Source of the DNA: a virus
Length of the DNA stretch: 64,000 bases
Virus record (IMG/VR): IMGVR_UViG_3300027749_000042
Strand: one strand, 5' to 3'
Part shown: positions 8,079 through 18,027 of the stretch, piece after piece
Layout of the letters: the number at the start of each line of letters is the position of its first letter
Numbering within the stretch: the first letter of the stretch is position 1
Notes under the pieces: model-generated
Seen by the model: the letters and a program-made list of their open reading frames with translations, nothing else
What the model was told of the DNA's origin: nothing
The model's database searches: none
Position numbers and translations under genes: made by a program

Positions 8079-8987
8079 ATGAATGAAGCATTTATGAACC
8101 TCAAGCGCAATCGCGAATCCTCACTTGAGCGTCTTACCAAAGAAATCAACAAGCTATCAACTAAGGAAACTGGTTCGTCTAAGGACGAGCGTTTCTGGCA
8201 ACCTGAAGTAGACAAGATGGGTAATGGCTTTGCTGTTATTCGCTTTCTTCCTGCTCCTGCTGGTGAAGAAGTTCCGTGGGTCCGTGTTTGGAATCATGGC
8301 TTTCAGGGCCCAGGTGGTTGGTATATTGAGAACTCTTTGACTACCATCGGTCAGCAAGATCCTGTATCTGAGATGAACTCCAAGCTTTGGAATTCTGGCA
8401 ACGATAAGGATAAGGAAATTGTCCGTCAGCGTAAGCGTCGTCTCAACTACATCTCAAACATTGTCGTACTCAAGGATCCTGCACATCCTGAGAATGAAGG
8501 CAAAGTCTTTCTTTTCAAGTACGGAAAGAAGATTTGGGATAAGATCAATGAGGTTATGAATCCTCAGTTTGAAGATGAGAAGCCTGTCAACCCATTTGAG
8601 TTGTGGGATGGCGCGAACTTCAAGCTAAAGATCCGCAAGGTCGAAGGCTATCGCAACTATGATAAGTCCGAGTTTGAAGGCAAGGCTCCTCTTGCTGATA
8701 ATGATGAAGATATGGCTGCAATGTGGCAAGGTGCTAATTCGCTTCAGGCTTTTCTTGCGCCGTCTAACTTCAAGTCTTACGATGAGTTGAAGGCAAAGCT
8801 GGAGAAGGTTCTTGCTGAGCCGGCTGGTGCATCTTATCGCAATGAGGATGACATCCCTTTTGACCGTCCGACTGCCCGTTCAATGGCTGCACCAGCAGTA
8901 GGGAAGTCGGCACCTGCTCCAAAGGCTAAGGCTGTAGATGATGACGACCTGTCATTCTTCGAAAAGCTCGCTGAGGATGACGAGTAA
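8079..8987 (+). CDS. gp32: Single-stranded DNA-binding protein gp32
   Basis: DERFW...GNGFAVIRFLP, HGFQGPGGWYIENSLTT, GKVFLFKYGKKI, RNYDKSEF, acidic C-terminus. Confidence 0.97.
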   Translation: MNEAFMNLKRNRESSLERLTKEINKLSTKETGSSKDERFWQPEVDKMGNGFAVIRFLPAPAGEEVPWVRVWNHGFQGPGGWYIENSLTTIGQQDPVSEMNSKLWNSGNDKDKEIVRQRKRRLNYISNIVVLKDPAHPENEGKVFLFKYGKKIWDKINEVMNPQFEDEKPVNPFELWDGANFKLKIRKVEGYRNYDKSEFEGKAPLADNDEDMAAMWQGANSLQAFLAPSNFKSYDELKAKLEKVLAEPAGASYRNEDDIPFDRPTARSMAAPAVGKSAPAPKAKAVDDDDLSFFEKLAEDDE

Positions 8988-8993
8988 GACACT

Positions 8994-9021
8994 AGGGGGA
9001 ACCGGGTTCCCCCTTTTTTTT
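8994..9021 (+). terminator. Rho-independent terminator after gene 32
   Basis: AGGGGGAACC-G-GGTTCCCCCT hairpin followed by a run of 8 T; between convergent genes. Confidence 0.9.
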
Positions 9022-11143
9022 ATTGATGATTTTCCATCTTCTGTTTACCAAAAAATCTATTCAAGAATGGATTAGTTGCTGAGAGAGGTATGTTTGGTGT
9101 GACATTAGTATCACCACCTGCGCTCTTATTCATCACATTATAATCATTCATATTTGTCTGTAAGATTTGACCTAACTTACCTTTATAACCAGCCGACTCG
9201 TCTCCCTCTGGTTCAATCTTAGTTGGTGCTGTTGCAGCAGGTTTTGCTGATGGTGTACCAAAACCTAAAGAATCTAAAGCTTTCATTATAGAGTCACCTA
9301 AACCAGGCGCGCCTGGTTGATCTGCTGGTGTTCCTTGCATTCCTCTAATAGTTTTACCCATAGCATCGTGACCAGTTTCTGGTTCAATCTTACCAGCATC
9401 TATATCAACACGTTTTTGTTCCAGTGGTTTGGTAGCAGCAGAATTAGCTCTATCTTTATCATCTATACCTTGCATGTTTAACATCGCATCACGCGCAGCA
9501 TTAGAATCTACGGTGGATGTTATACCTTTTGCATGTGTTGCACCCATAGCATCTTCATCTTCTTTTTTATATTTTGCTTCCATCATATTGGATGCATTCT
9601 GCATATTTGCACCACGAACATCGGCTGCATTCATACCAGTTTCACCACTACCAAGATTACCCAGCTTCTCAGCGTCTAGTGCCTGCTGTAGAATATCTCC
9701 ATTTTTGCCTTCATACCCAACATTTGGATCACTATGAAGACCACCACCTCGCCCTAACATGCGAGGATCAGTATGGTCGCCACCACCACGACCAATAGCG
9801 CCGGTTGTTTCACCTGTAGTGTGACCACCACCACGTCCGAACGTAGCCGGATTTGTCGCGTCTTGAATAGATTTAGCAGCGGCTTTCTTTGCTTCTACTG
9901 GTGCACCAGGTGCAGCCGCAATAGCTTTTAAACCAGCAAGTTCTTTTTGTCTCTGTTGATCCGCAGCAAAGAACATCGCAGTAGCACCAGAATCTCCGTT
10001 TCTTTCCATGTCCTGTTGTTGTTGAAACATAGCTTTAGATTTAGCGTGTGGATCAGGCGGTGCCATTATAGGTGCACCTGTAGTTGCAGCAGGCGCAGTT
10101 TCCGCAGGTCTTCTCATTGGTTGTGGTGCAGCCGCCGATTGTCTAGCAGCACCAAATGCACCGGTCTCACCACCTATTGACATATCTGTTGGCGCAGCTG
10201 GCGCTGCTGGAGTTGACGCAGCTGCCTTTGATGGATCGTTAGCATCGCTACCTGGTGTCTTATATAAATCTTCCGCACTAGCTTCGCGTGTACTAGACCC
10301 TGTCGTTCCAGCAGCACTAGTAGAAGCAGCGGCAGGACCCGCACCACCTTCAGGTGCACCAGATCCACTTTTTGCTTTCGAACCAGCAGCCTCAGCAAAT
10401 GCACCAGTTTCACCAGACATTGACATATCGGTTAATTGTGCTCCCTGTGGTGCACCTATTGGTGGTTGAGCTTTATTATATGATGCCATTGCGCCATCAA
10501 TTTCAGATTGATCTGGTTTTTCATTTTTAAATTGCTTCCATAATTTATACAATTCAATAGCATCACCGATTGATAATGCAAGACCAATCGCAACGCCAAT
10601 CCACCCAATACCCGTAGCAGCAAGAATTGCCATTGTTGCTAACTTTTTACCGATTTTACCGAGTAATAGTGGCGCAGCAATTTTTAAAAATGAAATGAAT
10701 GCGTCCCATGTGGAATCGCCACTCGAAGGAATAGCGTCCGCTGCCGCAGCTGGTGCCGCAGCACCTAATGCAGCACCACTGATAGTAGCACCAGCACCAC
10801 CGGTAAGCGATGGTGCTATAGCAGCTAGACTTCTGGTAAACTCTGTACGAGACGCAGCCAGTTCTTTATTCAATGTTCTAAAACGGTCTGTCATATCTCT
10901 GTCAACCTTAGCAACAGTCTTTAGAACGCTTGCGATGCTTTTCATAATCTCGTTGGATACTTTTTGCAATTGCGTTAGTTGAATATTCAAACGCGACATA
11001 GAGTCCGCAAGGTCTCCCATTGAACTCTTGTTAGTCAATAGCGACGATGATGCTTTCTGCATATTACTATCAGCAGACTTGGTACTAAATGTTATTGCTG
11101 GTCTTTCAAATGGTGTACCAGTTACGAGTTTTGAAATAGCCAT
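9020..11143 (-). CDS. Tape-measure/baseplate-hub-like low-complexity virion protein
   Basis: 707 aa; N-terminal coiled coil, hydrophobic Gly/Ala segment, long A/P/G-rich region; downstream of gp26/gp51. Confidence 0.5.
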   Translation of the reverse strand: MAISKLVTGTPFERPAITFSTKSADSNMQKASSSLLTNKSSMGDLADSMSRLNIQLTQLQKVSNEIMKSIASVLKTVAKVDRDMTDRFRTLNKELAASRTEFTRSLAAIAPSLTGGAGATISGAALGAAAPAAAADAIPSSGDSTWDAFISFLKIAAPLLLGKIGKKLATMAILAATGIGWIGVAIGLALSIGDAIELYKLWKQFKNEKPDQSEIDGAMASYNKAQPPIGAPQGAQLTDMSMSGETGAFAEAAGSKAKSGSGAPEGGAGPAAASTSAAGTTGSSTREASAEDLYKTPGSDANDPSKAAASTPAAPAAPTDMSIGGETGAFGAARQSAAAPQPMRRPAETAPAATTGAPIMAPPDPHAKSKAMFQQQQDMERNGDSGATAMFFAADQQRQKELAGLKAIAAAPGAPVEAKKAAAKSIQDATNPATFGRGGGHTTGETTGAIGRGGGDHTDPRMLGRGGGLHSDPNVGYEGKNGDILQQALDAEKLGNLGSGETGMNAADVRGANMQNASNMMEAKYKKEDEDAMGATHAKGITSTVDSNAARDAMLNMQGIDDKDRANSAATKPLEQKRVDIDAGKIEPETGHDAMGKTIRGMQGTPADQPGAPGLGDSIMKALDSLGFGTPSAKPAATAPTKIEPEGDESAGYKGKLGQILQTNMNDYNVMNKSAGGDTNVTPNIPLSATNPFLNRFFGKQKMENHQ

Positions 11144-13527
11144 TAAAATAACCTTCTAAGAGCAGAACCAATTTGTGCGCCAATCATAAATGGTGACAGC
11201 ATTGCTTCTGGGCGATATGTTGGTCCTGCCATCTGTTGAAATATATTAGTTCTAATATCATTTGTGACGGTTCTATTGATAATGTTTGTATCAACTGGTG
11301 GACACGCACACGCACGATTCACAGCATAATCTTGTGATGCCGCACCAAATCCTCCACCTGCACCACCACCAGGCGCACCTGCGGGACCACCAGGGACTGA
11401 AGATGTACCAGAACGATCTATGGAAGCAGAACCACCTTCACCAGCACCCATAGAAAAGTGCATAGCATCTTTTGATGAACGCCAGTTGCCACCCCAACCT
11501 AACCCATACTTGGCAGCTATCGCACCAACATTAGGTGGCATATCTGTTTGTAATCTACCATCTTTCAAATGCGGATTAGCTGATGGATTAATGTCAATCG
11601 CGGCACCTAACGAATGATAACTCTTCGTATTTGTTCCTGCAATATTACGATTAGCATATCCACCAATACTCTTAATCTTGTATCCACTTTTTTCTAGCTC
11701 ATCAACAAACCCTTTGAAATTGCTTGCATACTGAGCGGCAACTGTATATTCTATACCACCTGGAGTTTTTAGCTTAACCATTCCAGGAATAGTAGACGCA
11801 CCATTTCCTAAACTCGCAAGTGAAGTCTGCACTTGTTGCTGAGATGGTGCACCTGTTGTATCTAATGGCCGAACAGTACCAACCTGCTGAATAGGTGCAA
11901 CACTAAATTTCTGATTAAATGCTGCTACTTTTCCTTCTAGCTCTTTTTTCTTTGCCTCATTAGCTTCACCGAGTCTAGCACCAGGACCTTTTCTTGCTGC
12001 AAGATCGTTTATGTTTTTTAACATCGTTACATTGGCTTGATGCGTTGCAGCCTCTTCTGGTGTTGCAGAAGGCCTACGTTCTGGTGCACCTGTAGTCGCG
12101 GCTGCTGGTGTTGATGCGGTAGTTGGACCACCAGATGGTGCAGCTGGTGTTGTTTGTTGAGCAGCAGCAGTTTGAGTGCCATTTTTAGGAACTTTAGGGT
12201 CGATGCCCATACCACGAATTGTATTGGATGTGCTTGTTACATACGACATCCAATCATTATTATAACCTTGTGCATATCTAGGCGTTTTTCCATAATTTTG
12301 AAGCATCATCAATGCTTCTTCAGCAGTCTTTGCATCTGCATATTTTGGTGCCCATTTTTTAACACGAAATGCAACAGCTTCATCAATAGATTCAAAACTT
12401 CTAAAAAATTTACTACCGCCACCAGGGTCTCTTGGCGTAGCTATTCTTACCCCCGGTTCTCTACCCTCTACTCCGGTTTGACCAAACGGGTTATTTTTAC
12501 CCGTCATATGTTTACCCCAACCAGATTCAATAGCCCATTGTGCAGCTACAACTTCTGGAAATGGATCTCCAGCTTTTTTAGCAGATTCCATAATTTGATT
12601 AAAACCAGCTTTACCCGTTGGTCTATCCCCTGCTTCTCCCGCACTAGCACCAGAAGAACCTAAAGGAACCGGTGCTGCTTGTGGCCCTGACCCACCACCA
12701 GGTGCACCGCTTGGACTCGTTGCAATCAAAGCAGCGCCGCCAGCAATTGCTGCGCCTGCTACCGCAAGACCTATACCTACTCTCGTATTTTTAGCAGATC
12801 GAGATTGCTGCATTCTCTGCGCTCGCGCAAGAACTGCGGTGCTTCGCGAAGCTTTGAGTGATTTACGCCCAGCACCTTTACGCCCTGGTTTAGGCGCTAC
12901 AGAACCACCAGCTTGTGTTGGTGCTTTTGCACCAGTTAGCGTCTCAATGACTTTATCTTGAAACTCTTGGTTATTTTGAATCATGGTACGGATGACAGTT
13001 TCATTTTGCTCTGTCATCTTTTGAACAACGCCACTCATCTGTTCAAATAGTTTTGGATATGACTCCATTATCTTCTGATTGGTGGTAATCAGATTGGTAG
13101 CGATAGATACGTTTCGATTGAATTGCTTGATGACCTTACTAGGTACACCTGTTGCTTTAGTTGCGGCCTTTATGCCTGGTGCTTTTGGCATTGCAGCAGC
13201 AATTGCTTCACGTTTTTCTTGCGGTGGAAAATATGCAGCAATCTTATCTGGCGCTGGTTTGCCTTGATCGTCAAGGATAGAACCATCTGGTGCATAGTAG
13301 TATTTGGTATTCTTTAATACGCCAGCAATTTGAGCGTTATTCTTCTTTCGCTTTTTAGGTGCTGCTATCACAACAGCAGCTTCTTCAACTGGAGCAGGCG
13401 CAGCAAACATCGCGGAAATTCGCGCAGACGCGGGAATGCCGTTCTCGTCCACAACCGTACCATCACTCTTGTAATAGTAATCGGTGTTTCCTAAACTGCC
13501 TGCTACTGGTCCTGGCTTTTTAGCCAT
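11143..13527 (-). CDS. Virion-associated peptidoglycan hydrolase: GH73 glucosaminidase plus M15 peptidase domains (tape-measure-like)
   Basis: AAQWAIESGWG...NNPFG...F.S...YA (GH73); GGYANRNI...SYHSLGAAIDIN...WGGNW...DAMHF (M15 Zn peptidase). Confidence 0.8.
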   Translation of the reverse strand: MAKKPGPVAGSLGNTDYYYKSDGTVVDENGIPASARISAMFAAPAPVEEAAVVIAAPKKRKKNNAQIAGVLKNTKYYYAPDGSILDDQGKPAPDKIAAYFPPQEKREAIAAAMPKAPGIKAATKATGVPSKVIKQFNRNVSIATNLITTNQKIMESYPKLFEQMSGVVQKMTEQNETVIRTMIQNNQEFQDKVIETLTGAKAPTQAGGSVAPKPGRKGAGRKSLKASRSTAVLARAQRMQQSRSAKNTRVGIGLAVAGAAIAGGAALIATSPSGAPGGGSGPQAAPVPLGSSGASAGEAGDRPTGKAGFNQIMESAKKAGDPFPEVVAAQWAIESGWGKHMTGKNNPFGQTGVEGREPGVRIATPRDPGGGSKFFRSFESIDEAVAFRVKKWAPKYADAKTAEEALMMLQNYGKTPRYAQGYNNDWMSYVTSTSNTIRGMGIDPKVPKNGTQTAAAQQTTPAAPSGGPTTASTPAAATTGAPERRPSATPEEAATHQANVTMLKNINDLAARKGPGARLGEANEAKKKELEGKVAAFNQKFSVAPIQQVGTVRPLDTTGAPSQQQVQTSLASLGNGASTIPGMVKLKTPGGIEYTVAAQYASNFKGFVDELEKSGYKIKSIGGYANRNIAGTNTKSYHSLGAAIDINPSANPHLKDGRLQTDMPPNVGAIAAKYGLGWGGNWRSSKDAMHFSMGAGEGGSASIDRSGTSSVPGGPAGAPGGGAGGGFGAASQDYAVNRACACPPVDTNIINRTVTNDIRTNIFQQMAGPTYRPEAMLSPFMIGAQIGSALRRLF

Positions 13528-13530
13528 TTG

Positions 13531-13707
13531 TTATCCTCGTTCGCGTTCTTCTTTTAGTTTCTCAAGGTATTCTAGTAGCATCTTAACGTAAATATCCCTC
13601 TCCCAGGGTATCATTCCTTCAATGTCACTCAGAGAATATTTGTGGTGTTGCATAAGCGAAAAATTGGTTTGATAGTAGTTTGCTAATGTGTTATGAGAGA
13701 GGACCAT
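13531..13707 (-). CDS. gp51: gp51-like baseplate hub assembly protein, 58 aa (not in ORF track)
   Basis: MVLSHNTLANYYQTNFSLMQHHKYSLSDIEGMIPWERDIYV...; TAATG overlap with gp26. Confidence 0.8.
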   Translation of the reverse strand: MVLSHNTLANYYQTNFSLMQHHKYSLSDIEGMIPWERDIYVKMLLEYLEKLKEERERG

Positions 13708-14414
13708 TAAAAAAAATCAGACAGGCCCTCCAACGTCACGGTATCTTCTTGCCCACAGCCACGGCACTTATAACTAAACGAATGCTTTAGCTTTGGAATC
13801 GTTTGAATGAACTGCATTACCTTAGCAAACTGGACGCTATTGAGGCCTTCAATAAACTGAATTGAATCAGCCAAATTATCCGGTTCGTAAACTTCTTCCG
13901 AGTCATATACCGACATAATACATTTAGCCAGCATCTCAATTTCATCGTCGCCTTGTGTAATTTGTTTAATATCACTGATGGTAGGATATCTCATTTCCAT
14001 ACCAAGAACACCATCAAGATCAATTCTGCTTGAGTGGCTATCACTTTTTTGGACCTTCACTTCTTCAAGATTGATATCAACTGGTGTAACAGCTTCACAT
14101 GCAATGCCAGCGTAATTTACACCGCCAGTGTGGCGATATTCCATCTTGACAATTTCACCAATCGACTTCGCTCTAATATTGAGAAAGATATATTCAAGGT
14201 CAAAATATGGTAGCTTATCCACATTGATATCGCTCGTCACACAGGCTGCGATAACATCTTTCACAGCGTCAATCATAGAATTTTGGTCTTCAGCAGATGC
14301 AGCCATAAGCAACATCTTTTCCTCTTTCACAACAAACGGTCTAAAATTAATTCTCTGCCCATTTGATGGTAGTTCTAATCCAAATTTTGGTGTAGCCAAT
14401 TTTGGTAGTGCCAT
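13707..14414 (-). CDS. gp26: Baseplate hub subunit/assembly chaperone gp26
   Basis: MALPKL..P...LPS....FRPF.VKEEK.LL, FDLEYIFL.IRAKSIGE, CRGC, ends EGLSDFF. Confidence 0.88.
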   Translation of the reverse strand: MALPKLATPKFGLELPSNGQRINFRPFVVKEEKMLLMAASAEDQNSMIDAVKDVIAACVTSDINVDKLPYFDLEYIFLNIRAKSIGEIVKMEYRHTGGVNYAGIACEAVTPVDINLEEVKVQKSDSHSSRIDLDGVLGMEMRYPTISDIKQITQGDDEIEMLAKCIMSVYDSEEVYEPDNLADSIQFIEGLNSVQFAKVMQFIQTIPKLKHSFSYKCRGCGQEDTVTLEGLSDFF

Positions 14415-14434
14415 AATTTACCTCACTTATGATA

Positions 14435-15166
14435 TTAAAAAAATCCATATGCAGAACGCGCATCTTGATTGAATGCATTATTATTTTTAAATGATCTATT
14501 AGCTTCAATAGATGTGCGATATCTCATTTCAACTTGAAGCTTTGCATATCCTTCATCACCCCATGACATAGCAATATCATTTACAGTGCTTGGGTAAGCT
14601 TCTAGAAATCTAATTTGATTTTGAATGACAGCGTCCGGTTGATCTTGCATTGTAAGCGCAGGATTACCTAATCCAGTCCCAGGTGTTTGATTGAGTGCTG
14701 GGCTACCTGCTACCCTAGGGCTCTGTGTTGGAAATTGTTGAGGTGTTGGTTGTGAATATTGCCAAATTTCAAATTCTCCAATACCATCATCATAATATTT
14801 TGAATCAAACATACCTGGTACAATAGCTGTATTATAATTGGTACGATTATGCCCAACAAAATAATCTTGCCACTTCATAAATGCTTCGCGCTCGCGCATG
14901 TCACGCGAGAGAATAACTGTGAAAGTAACTGGTTGGTGTGTAAAACGATATGGCATTGCGCGAACAGGACCATGATACTGTTGATCCAGAGTTGTCAATG
15001 TACGCCCCGGTAAATTAACTGCTTCGATACGAAAGCGCATACCTTGATCTAAACCAGGTAAACCGCGTCCACCTGGACCTCGTGTTATAACAGCTTCAAA
15101 GTGTGAAGGTGCTGCGATACCTGTTCTAGATATTTCCGAGTTGAAATCTGCTATATTGAATGGCAT
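14435..15166 (-). CDS. gp54: Tail-tube initiator gp54-like (gp19 fold)
   Basis: NLPGRTL, PYRF...VTF, ER..F..WQD, YYDD..G, EAYP motifs. Confidence 0.7.
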   Translation of the reverse strand: MPFNIADFNSEISRTGIAAPSHFEAVITRGPGGRGLPGLDQGMRFRIEAVNLPGRTLTTLDQQYHGPVRAMPYRFTHQPVTFTVILSRDMREREAFMKWQDYFVGHNRTNYNTAIVPGMFDSKYYDDGIGEFEIWQYSQPTPQQFPTQSPRVAGSPALNQTPGTGLGNPALTMQDQPDAVIQNQIRFLEAYPSTVNDIAMSWGDEGYAKLQVEMRYRTSIEANRSFKNNNAFNQDARSAYGFF

Positions 15167-15168
15167 GG

Positions 15169-15771
15169 TTAAATCCTATTGCGACTGTCTTTGTAGACAA
15201 CATTTTTACTTGCTCCGACAAATCTATCAAGCGGAAGAAACAAAGCCATATCCCACTCTGTAGGTTCAATATAGAAAAATTTAGATTGCACATGCGAGAT
15301 CAAGTAACGCTTGACACATGGCTTAAAGAAACGATAGCGCGATGCTTGGCTAAGGATGTCATAAGATATCTTTAGCTTTGTCTTATCGTCAAATGTTTTT
15401 GAAGATGCTACATTGTACAGCGCATCCATCAGTTTAGCTCGCAGAACCGGTGGTAGATAGTGAAGATTCAAACCAAGAAACGAACCACCAGATGATGCAG
15501 TACCACCAGTCTTGCCACCAGTGCCAATAGGAATCACAAGTGGATACCTATCATAATACGGTAGTTTGTTTTTAGTCTTTGGATCGTAGCGGAACAGATA
15601 CATGCGACCGATCAAAGGTATGTTTGTTAATCTGTTTGCTTGACTGCGAAGCATCAAAGCTGGATTGGCATTGACAGCCTGTGCTTGCTTACGGAACCAT
15701 GCACGAGAGTCGCGCTTAACGCCAGCACTCTCAGCTTTATGGATCAAACTATCGAAGATGTATGCGACCAT
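15169..15771 (-). CDS. gp2: DNA end protector gp2
   Basis: GRMYLFRYDPKTK.KLPYYD.YPL, GLNLHYLPP..R, KPCVKRYL, W..A.FLP. Confidence 0.92.
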   Translation of the reverse strand: MVAYIFDSLIHKAESAGVKRDSRAWFRKQAQAVNANPALMLRSQANRLTNIPLIGRMYLFRYDPKTKNKLPYYDRYPLVIPIGTGGKTGGTASSGGSFLGLNLHYLPPVLRAKLMDALYNVASSKTFDDKTKLKISYDILSQASRYRFFKPCVKRYLISHVQSKFFYIEPTEWDMALFLPLDRFVGASKNVVYKDSRNRI

Positions 15772-16217
15772 TAAAGACCGAGTTCCTTTTCTGTAAGCAC
15801 TACGAATTGCCAGTTGCGGTCAGCACAATATTCCTTTGCAGCTTCCCATTTGCTACTATTTATGCCCCAAGTCATCACTTCTTTCAAGTATTTCTTACTT
15901 GGCTTTGATGCGCTTTTCTTGATAGTAGGCGGCACAGATTGAGCTTTTGGTTTTACCTCTAGCATCTTCACGCTAACTTTTCCATCTCTATCGCGCATCT
16001 TCACAACAAAGTCTGGAAAGTATCGGTGCCATTTGCCATCTATTGGAGACTTGTATGGAATCGCAAGCTCTTCTGATGCCCACTGAATAATATTAGGATT
16101 ACTATCAAGATAACCCATCACGCGCAATTCCCACGATGATCGGTAAACAATCTTAGTAGGATCACCTTTATATTTCTGAGGGTTCTTTGGCGTAAAACGC
16201 CCACTGTAAGCTTTCAT
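15771..16217 (-). CDS. gp4: Head completion nuclease gp4
   Basis: PKNP.KY.GDP..IVYRSSWE, WASEE..IPY, HRYFPDF, EVKP. Confidence 0.93.
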   Translation of the reverse strand: MKAYSGRFTPKNPQKYKGDPTKIVYRSSWELRVMGYLDSNPNIIQWASEELAIPYKSPIDGKWHRYFPDFVVKMRDRDGKVSVKMLEVKPKAQSVPPTIKKSASKPSKKYLKEVMTWGINSSKWEAAKEYCADRNWQFVVLTEKELGL

Positions 16218-16234
16218 GCACTCTATGTATTGCG

Positions 16235-16242
16235 TATAAATA
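16235..16242 (+). promoter_or_regulatory. T4-type late promoter
   Basis: TATAAATA about 25 nt upstream of gp48. Confidence 0.75.
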
Positions 16243-16266
16243 GACTCAGTTAGGAGATAACAAAAT

Positions 16267-17424
16267 ATGCCACCAGACGATAACGCATCAGGAGTTGCTA
16301 TAGCAAGAGCGCAAGCAGGTGCACCACCGGTTCAAGCAGCCGCCCGCGCACCTGGGCTTACTTCTATAAATCAATCAATGCTTGGTAGCACTGGTGGTGA
16401 TCCTTTTAAAGGCGACATCAACACGTTTCCTAGAGACCTAACCATGAATAATAATTGGGTCGAGTTTGTTGCTAAGCCTACAAAAGGTGCAGCCGAAGAT
16501 TTTATCGGTGGTTTTCTTGGTGGCATATCATCTGTCGTTGGAACTGGTGGAACAATTCGTCTTCCATTACCAGCTAACCTTTCAACCGATTACAACCCAT
16601 CATATACCACACCAGATTTGAGTTTAGGCGTAGGCTCAGCACTCAAAGCTTTTGACCGTGGAATTTATAACAACCAAGATATCCCAGGGCAAGCAGCAAC
16701 TGGTGCATCATTAGCTGGAGCAGGAATATCAGCTGGTGCAGCACTAGCTGCAAAAACTGGTGCAGGAGCTGGATTAACTGCTGCTGGTGCAGCATTAGGT
16801 GTAGGCGGGAATGAACTAGCCGCTGCACTCAAAGTTTTTGGTGGCGTCGCACAAAATCCACACAAGATCGTACTATTTACTGGCGTTGATTTTCGTGACC
16901 ATACGTTTAGTTGGAAACTATCTCCACGCAATCGAGAAGAGTCGGATAGTATTCGCCGAATAATTGAAATGTTTGTTTACTACTCGCACCCTGAATTTGT
17001 TGCTGGTGGTTTATTCTTCAAGTATCCAGAATTTTTTGAAATTAAATTTGCCAGAGACTCGTACCTGTTTAGATTGAGACCATCCGTATGCACAGACATT
17101 AAGGTTGATTACCATTCGCAAGGCTATGCTGCGTATATCCGCGATGCTGATGGTAGTGGTGAACCTGCACCAGCTGAAGTTTCGTTATCATTGACATTTA
17201 AAGAGACTGAAGTTATTTCTAAGCAATACTTAAATCCGTCACCAGTGGCTCCAGCGGCTGTAAGAGAACCGCCATATGTAAATCCGCAGCCAAGAGGCAC
17301 AATGGCTCGTCCAGATGCTGGTGGTAATGCTGTTGACCGCGCACAACCACCAGTGCCTTTAGATCAACAACCTCGTATACGAGTTCCAACTACAGGCAGT
17401 AATCCAGTTTTGCCAAACTTTTAA
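16267..17424 (+). CDS. gp48: Baseplate tail-tube cap gp48
   Basis: IRLPLP, NP....LF.GV.FR...F.WKL.PRN..E...I..I, YPE.F.I, L.L.FKE. Confidence 0.85.
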   Translation: MPPDDNASGVAIARAQAGAPPVQAAARAPGLTSINQSMLGSTGGDPFKGDINTFPRDLTMNNNWVEFVAKPTKGAAEDFIGGFLGGISSVVGTGGTIRLPLPANLSTDYNPSYTTPDLSLGVGSALKAFDRGIYNNQDIPGQAATGASLAGAGISAGAALAAKTGAGAGLTAAGAALGVGGNELAAALKVFGGVAQNPHKIVLFTGVDFRDHTFSWKLSPRNREESDSIRRIIEMFVYYSHPEFVAGGLFFKYPEFFEIKFARDSYLFRLRPSVCTDIKVDYHSQGYAAYIRDADGSGEPAPAEVSLSLTFKETEVISKQYLNPSPVAPAAVREPPYVNPQPRGTMARPDAGGNAVDRAQPPVPLDQQPRIRVPTTGSNPVLPNF

Positions 17425-17439
17425 TAATAGAAAGTAGCA

Positions 17440-18027
17440 ATGTTTTATTTCACACCATTTCCTACTGTTCAATATAAGATACCAAATAGCACGAAGTCGA
17501 TCCTTGTTACTGATTTGACTCGCCGTTTTGCTTTGTCAAATTTCTTGAAAAATTCAAATGTTGCTTTTGATACCTATCATGTGAAAGATGGTGAGCGCCC
17601 GGATTCTGTTGCATATGATTATTATGGCGATGTAACTATGGATTGGCTTGTGTTATTGACAAACGAAATTCAAGATCCGTATTTTCAGTGGGTACTATCA
17701 TATGAAGAAATGAACGCATATTTGATTGACAAATACGGCTCAGTTGAATATACACAGATAACAGATCATCACTACGAAAAAATTATTCAGCAAGCATATC
17801 TTCAAAATGATTACGGCACACAAAGAATTGTTCCAGAAAAAACTGTTGTTGTCGATAAGACAACCTATTTGTCATTGACAGCAACCGAACGCAAAGTAAA
17901 AACAATCTACGACCACGAGTCGGAATTAAATGAAGAACGCAGAAAAATTTATCTAATGGATTTGAATTACCTTCTCATCATTAAAGATCAACACCCAAAT
18001 ATTTTTGATGGAGTCACTGTACGATGA
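17440..18027 (+). CDS. gp53: Baseplate wedge subunit gp53 (LysM-like)
   Basis: YF..FP...Y, Y.VKDGERPD.VA..YYG....WLVLL.N, HHYE, E..LNE. Confidence 0.9.
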   Translation: MFYFTPFPTVQYKIPNSTKSILVTDLTRRFALSNFLKNSNVAFDTYHVKDGERPDSVAYDYYGDVTMDWLVLLTNEIQDPYFQWVLSYEEMNAYLIDKYGSVEYTQITDHHYEKIIQQAYLQNDYGTQRIVPEKTVVVDKTTYLSLTATERKVKTIYDHESELNEERRKIYLMDLNYLLIIKDQHPNIFDGVTVR

